DNA of 64,000 nucleotides from an uncultured bacterium (GTDB lineage Bacteria; Bacillota_I; Bacilli_A; Acholeplasmatales; Anaeroplasmataceae): NCBI GenBank assembly GCA_949292525.1, contig CASEZJ010000003.1, positions 7,594 to 71,593 of the forward strand, read 5' to 3'. Shown piece by piece: positions 61,513 to 64,000 of this stretch (position 1 is its first letter; each line of letters starts with the position of its first letter). The notes under the pieces were generated by a model. It saw only the letters and a program-made list of their open reading frames with translations, ran no database searches and was not told where the DNA came from. The position numbers and the translations under genes were made by a program.

Positions 61513-62979
61513 TTATTTTAGCTCTTTTAATGTTTCTCTTACCGCTTCAAAAACGTGTAAGACTCCTTTTACGTCCACTCTTTCATCCGGGGAGTGGGGA
61601 TAATCTATCGTAGCACCAATAGAGACAAGTTGTAATCTTGAAGGAGCTTTTTTCACAAAGAAGCCACACTCCAAGCCTGCGTGCAAGACGGTGACGATAA
61701 GTTTTTCACCGGTAATCTGCTGCCAGTGCTTACTTAAAGTATTAATTAAGTGATTAGACGCTGGGGATTGCCAAGCACCGTGTTCACTTTCAACTTTAAA
61801 GCTAAAGCTCTCACCTAAAGCTTTAACTTGTGGGAGGGAAGTTTCTTTTGCTACGACGTCTTTAAGCTCATTTTCATCTAAAGATCTTGCCATTAAACAA
61901 AGCTCAAGTAAGCCTTGCTTAAAGGAGGCCACGCCTAAATTGCAAGAGGTTTGCACAATATTAGGATCAACTTTAGACCAAGAGTGTGGACCTAGGATTA
62001 AAGCGTCAATTAACTTTAAGACTTTTAAAGTTTGAGCGTCGTCAATGAAGGTTAAAGCCTCAGATCCTGCACTTATTTCAAGGCGCATCTTAGGATCTGT
62101 TACTTGAAACTTTTGTCTTAGGCTTTCAAAGTTTAAAAGTAAGTCTTGTTTAAACTCATTAAGTTGTGAGGATTTAATAGCTAGGGTTACACAGCAATTT
62201 GGTGCAATGGAGTTTCGAGCTTGACCGCCTTGTAGCTCACCTAAATAAAGATCATAGTCTTTTTTAGAGGCTAAAAGTAGACGTGCTAAGCTTACAATGG
62301 CGTTTGCATGTCCTTTGTGAATATCGGTACCGCTGTGACCGCCTTTAAGATCTAAAAGATTAAGCTTTAAAGCACTAAAACCCTCAGGTAAGGTTACAGG
62401 ATTTCCCTTATAGTGCATCACAATGTCACAAGATCCCGCGCAACCTACATAAAGACGGCCGTTTTCCTCAGAGTCTAGATTGATTAGATAATCGGCATCT
62501 AAATGTTCACCACTTAAGCCTAAAGCACCTTTCATGGTGGTTTCTTCTTCAACGGTGAAAATGGCAGTTAAAGGACCGTGCTCTAAACTCTCATCTTCCA
62601 AAAGTGCCAAGCTTGTTGCAATACCAATACCATCGTCAGCACCTAAGGTAGTACCTTTAGCGTGCACAAAGCCATCATCGCCCAAATATGGCTCAATAGG
62701 ATCGGTTAAAAAGTTATGAGTGCTCTGAACGTCTTTTACCGGCACCATATCAAGGTGGGCTTGTAAAATAACTTTGGGGGCATTTTCATAACCTAATGTA
62801 GGTCCCTTTTTAATAATGACGTTACCCACTTCATCGCTATAAGTCTCAAGACCCTTACTTTTTGCATAATCTATAAGGTAGGTTGCAAGTTTTTCTTCAT
62901 GCCCTGAAGGATGAGGGAAAGTGCAAATCTTAGAGAAATGTTGCCAAATAACTTTAGGCTCTAAATTTTCAATACTCAT
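61513..62979 (-). CDS. pepD: aminoacyl-histidine (Xaa-His) dipeptidase
   Basis: It is colinear with E. coli PepD as I recall it (ICTFPHPSGHEEKL..., VILQAHLDMVP, KGTTLGADDGIGIA). I chose the ATG at 62979; the track start at 62988 is a TTG. Confidence 0.85.
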   Translation of the reverse strand: MSIENLEPKVIWQHFSKICTFPHPSGHEEKLATYLIDYAKSKGLETYSDEVGNVIIKKGPTLGYENAPKVILQAHLDMVPVKDVQSTHNFLTDPIEPYLGDDGFVHAKGTTLGADDGIGIATSLALLEDESLEHGPLTAIFTVEEETTMKGALGLSGEHLDADYLINLDSEENGRLYVGCAGSCDIVMHYKGNPVTLPEGFSALKLNLLDLKGGHSGTDIHKGHANAIVSLARLLLASKKDYDLYLGELQGGQARNSIAPNCCVTLAIKSSQLNEFKQDLLLNFESLRQKFQVTDPKMRLEISAGSEALTFIDDAQTLKVLKLIDALILGPHSWSKVDPNIVQTSCNLGVASFKQGLLELCLMARSLDENELKDVVAKETSLPQVKALGESFSFKVESEHGAWQSPASNHLINTLSKHWQQITGEKLIVTVLHAGLECGFFVKKAPSRLQLVSIGATIDYPHSPDERVDVKGVLHVFEAVRETLKELK

Positions 62980-63384
62980 AAATTTCAAATCTTACTTTTT
63001 AAGCTAATACAACAAAAATCAGGTCAATTATAATACTTGTGTCAAAGGCGCTAAAGTCTCTTGAGACTAAAAAGCTTTTTAGGTGAAAGGGGCTAAATTA
63101 GGACAAAAAAGAATACGCTAAGCTTTAGGGTGGGAGAGCCCCTGCCTTTTAAAAAGTTTAAGCTTTTTCTTATCAAGTTGTGATAGAGTATTTAGGATTT
63201 AAGATAGAGTTTTTTGTAAAAAAGCAAAACTTTCTTAAAAATTGGTCGTCATATTAAATATAGTTGAAGGTGTGCCAAATAATTTTGAGTTTTTTATATG
63301 TTTTGTTGGAGAGTTTCTTGCAAAGCTTAAAAGACTCAAGCATAATTCTAGAAATTTTTTATTTTACTTTTTAAGGATGGTTTT

Positions 63385-63867
63385 ATGCTTAAGTGGTTTA
63401 AAAGCTTTTTTTCAGGCAAAGCCCTAAGCTTGTTGCTTTTACCTCTAGCGTTTGTTTTAGCATCGTGTACTGCGTATAAGGATGATTACACCGGTACCTG
63501 GATAGGTCTTGATGAGTCAGGACAAAATTATATTGTCTATGAATATATGTTTACGGATGTGGCAACTCCAGGTAATGAGAATGCACTTTCAGTACGCGTG
63601 ATTAGAAAATCCTATGAGTTCAATCCTGAGAAAACCATTTTAAGCTGGACTGAAACCATTCCTCATTATTTCCCTTGTGTTTATGATGAGGATACCGGAA
63701 TTGTCTCTACACCTTTTGGCCCAATTGAATTTGAGGTTAAATCCGGATCTTTAATTTACAATAATATTCATTTTACTAAGAAAGCTAAAAATACTGAGCT
63801 TAAGCTTAAGTATGTGGCACGTGATCATTTAAAGACTTTGTATCCTGAAATTCCAATTAATGATTAA
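63385..63867 (+). CDS. lipoprotein, unknown function
   Basis: It has a signal peptide with lipobox VLAS|C. The RBS is AAGGA. Confidence 0.65.
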   Translation: MLKWFKSFFSGKALSLLLLPLAFVLASCTAYKDDYTGTWIGLDESGQNYIVYEYMFTDVATPGNENALSVRVIRKSYEFNPEKTILSWTETIPHYFPCVYDEDTGIVSTPFGPIEFEVKSGSLIYNNIHFTKKAKNTELKLKYVARDHLKTLYPEIPIND

Positions 63868-63881
63868 TTAATCTTTTAAGC

Positions 63882-63913
63882 AAAAAGAAGCCTCCTAATG
63901 TGGAGGCTTTTTT
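63882..63913. terminator. bidirectional rho-independent terminator
   Basis: The hairpin is AAAAA-GAAGCCTCC-TAATGT-GGAGGCTT-TTTT. Confidence 0.7.
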
Positions 63914-63931
63914 AGCTAACATTGCACAAAA

Positions 63932-64000
63932 TTAATCATCTTTGGGCCTGCTGAGCCTATAAATACGGCCTGTGGCTTTAAGTTCTTGCACAAAGCTGGG
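63932..64000 (-). CDS. 3' end of an unidentified minus-strand gene running off the window
   Basis: The minus strand reads ...SFVQELKATGRIYRLSRPKDD then TAA. It ends just before the bidirectional terminator, and only 22 codons are visible. Confidence 0.3.
   Translation of the reverse strand, partial: PSFVQELKATGRIYRLSRPKDD

Noticed and set aside
2663-62719. The many 60-136-aa ORFs in the track that lie antisense or out of frame inside long, well-supported genes. These are 2663-2950, 8087-8329, 9836-10150, 15974-16246, 17512-17922, 19990-20220, 20497-20682, 25854-26123, 25921-26127, 27048-27341, 33108-33311, 34893-35078, 37470-37718, 38148-38330, 41085-41276, 41779-41964, 42039-42320, 49905-50156, 50893-51144, 56890-57105, 57151-57363, 57657-57956, 58374-58682, 58892-59095, 59068-59301 and 62534-62719.
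   Set aside because: Each is fully embedded in a gene with strong motif support on the other strand or frame. They lack RBSs and have low-complexity, shadow-type compositions (S/L/I/P-rich). They are best explained as shadow ORFs.
5614-62988. Upstream start codons proposed by the ORF track at 5637(-), 5800, 15822, 17106, 31843, 57352 and 62988(-).
   Set aside because: In each case a downstream ATG has a properly spaced SD and/or gives the canonical protein N-terminus. The track start is a TTG or lies inside the RBS, a leader structure or the preceding gene. The revised starts are 5613, 5812, 15843, 17154, 31858, 57376 and 62979.
63242-63427. The 61-aa ORF upstream of, and overlapping, the lipoprotein gene start.
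   Set aside because: It has no RBS, starts at a TTG, has an odd composition and overlaps the lipoprotein start. It is most likely non-coding promoter/leader DNA.

Overview
The window is a mosaic of two compositions.

(1) Bases 1 to ~56,460 are very AT-rich DNA. TGA is a stop codon here (e.g. 21836-21838) and Trp is TGG, so this is translation table 11, not the Mycoplasma code. The backbone is the classic Bacillus-type gene order cysS-mrnC-rlmB-sigH-rpmG-secE-nusG-rplK-rplA-rplJ-rplL-ybxB-rpoB-rpoC. That points to an AT-rich Bacillota/Mycoplasmatota-like organism, probably anaerobic given the BcrAD/BadFG activase-dehydratase pair. Accessory genes interrupt or flank this backbone:
- a P-type ATPase with a ~390-aa extracytoplasmic insertion, lying between mrnC and rlmB
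- a self-promoted three-gene cassette between ybxB and rpoB: a secreted Ser/Thr-rich beta-type protein plus two paralogous NBD-FtsX (MacB-like) proteins, one of which has a dead ATPase domain
- an 18.7-kb single gene just downstream of rpoC, encoding a ~6,248-aa surface protein built of beta-helix GG repeats, a GLUG-like region, about 35-40 Listeria-Bacteroides-type (GW) repeats and a C-terminal TM anchor
- further downstream, a polytopic membrane protein with an apparently leaderless mRNA
- an AAA ATPase (DUF4143-type) gene broken by one in-frame TAA
- a pair of conserved 39-nt hairpin elements
- a heterodimeric ABC exporter

(2) From ~56,460 onward, starting inside the last ~55 codons of the second ABC exporter gene, G+C and codon usage jump. 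The genes that follow look proteobacterial: xpt-pbuX, DUF805, a MalZ-like GH13 enzyme, pepD and a lipoprotein. This is either a real recombination/HGT junction or a chimeric assembly.

I found no rRNA, tRNA, CRISPR array, transposase or integrase. All coordinates, motifs and counts come from reading the sequence by eye, and no database search was possible.
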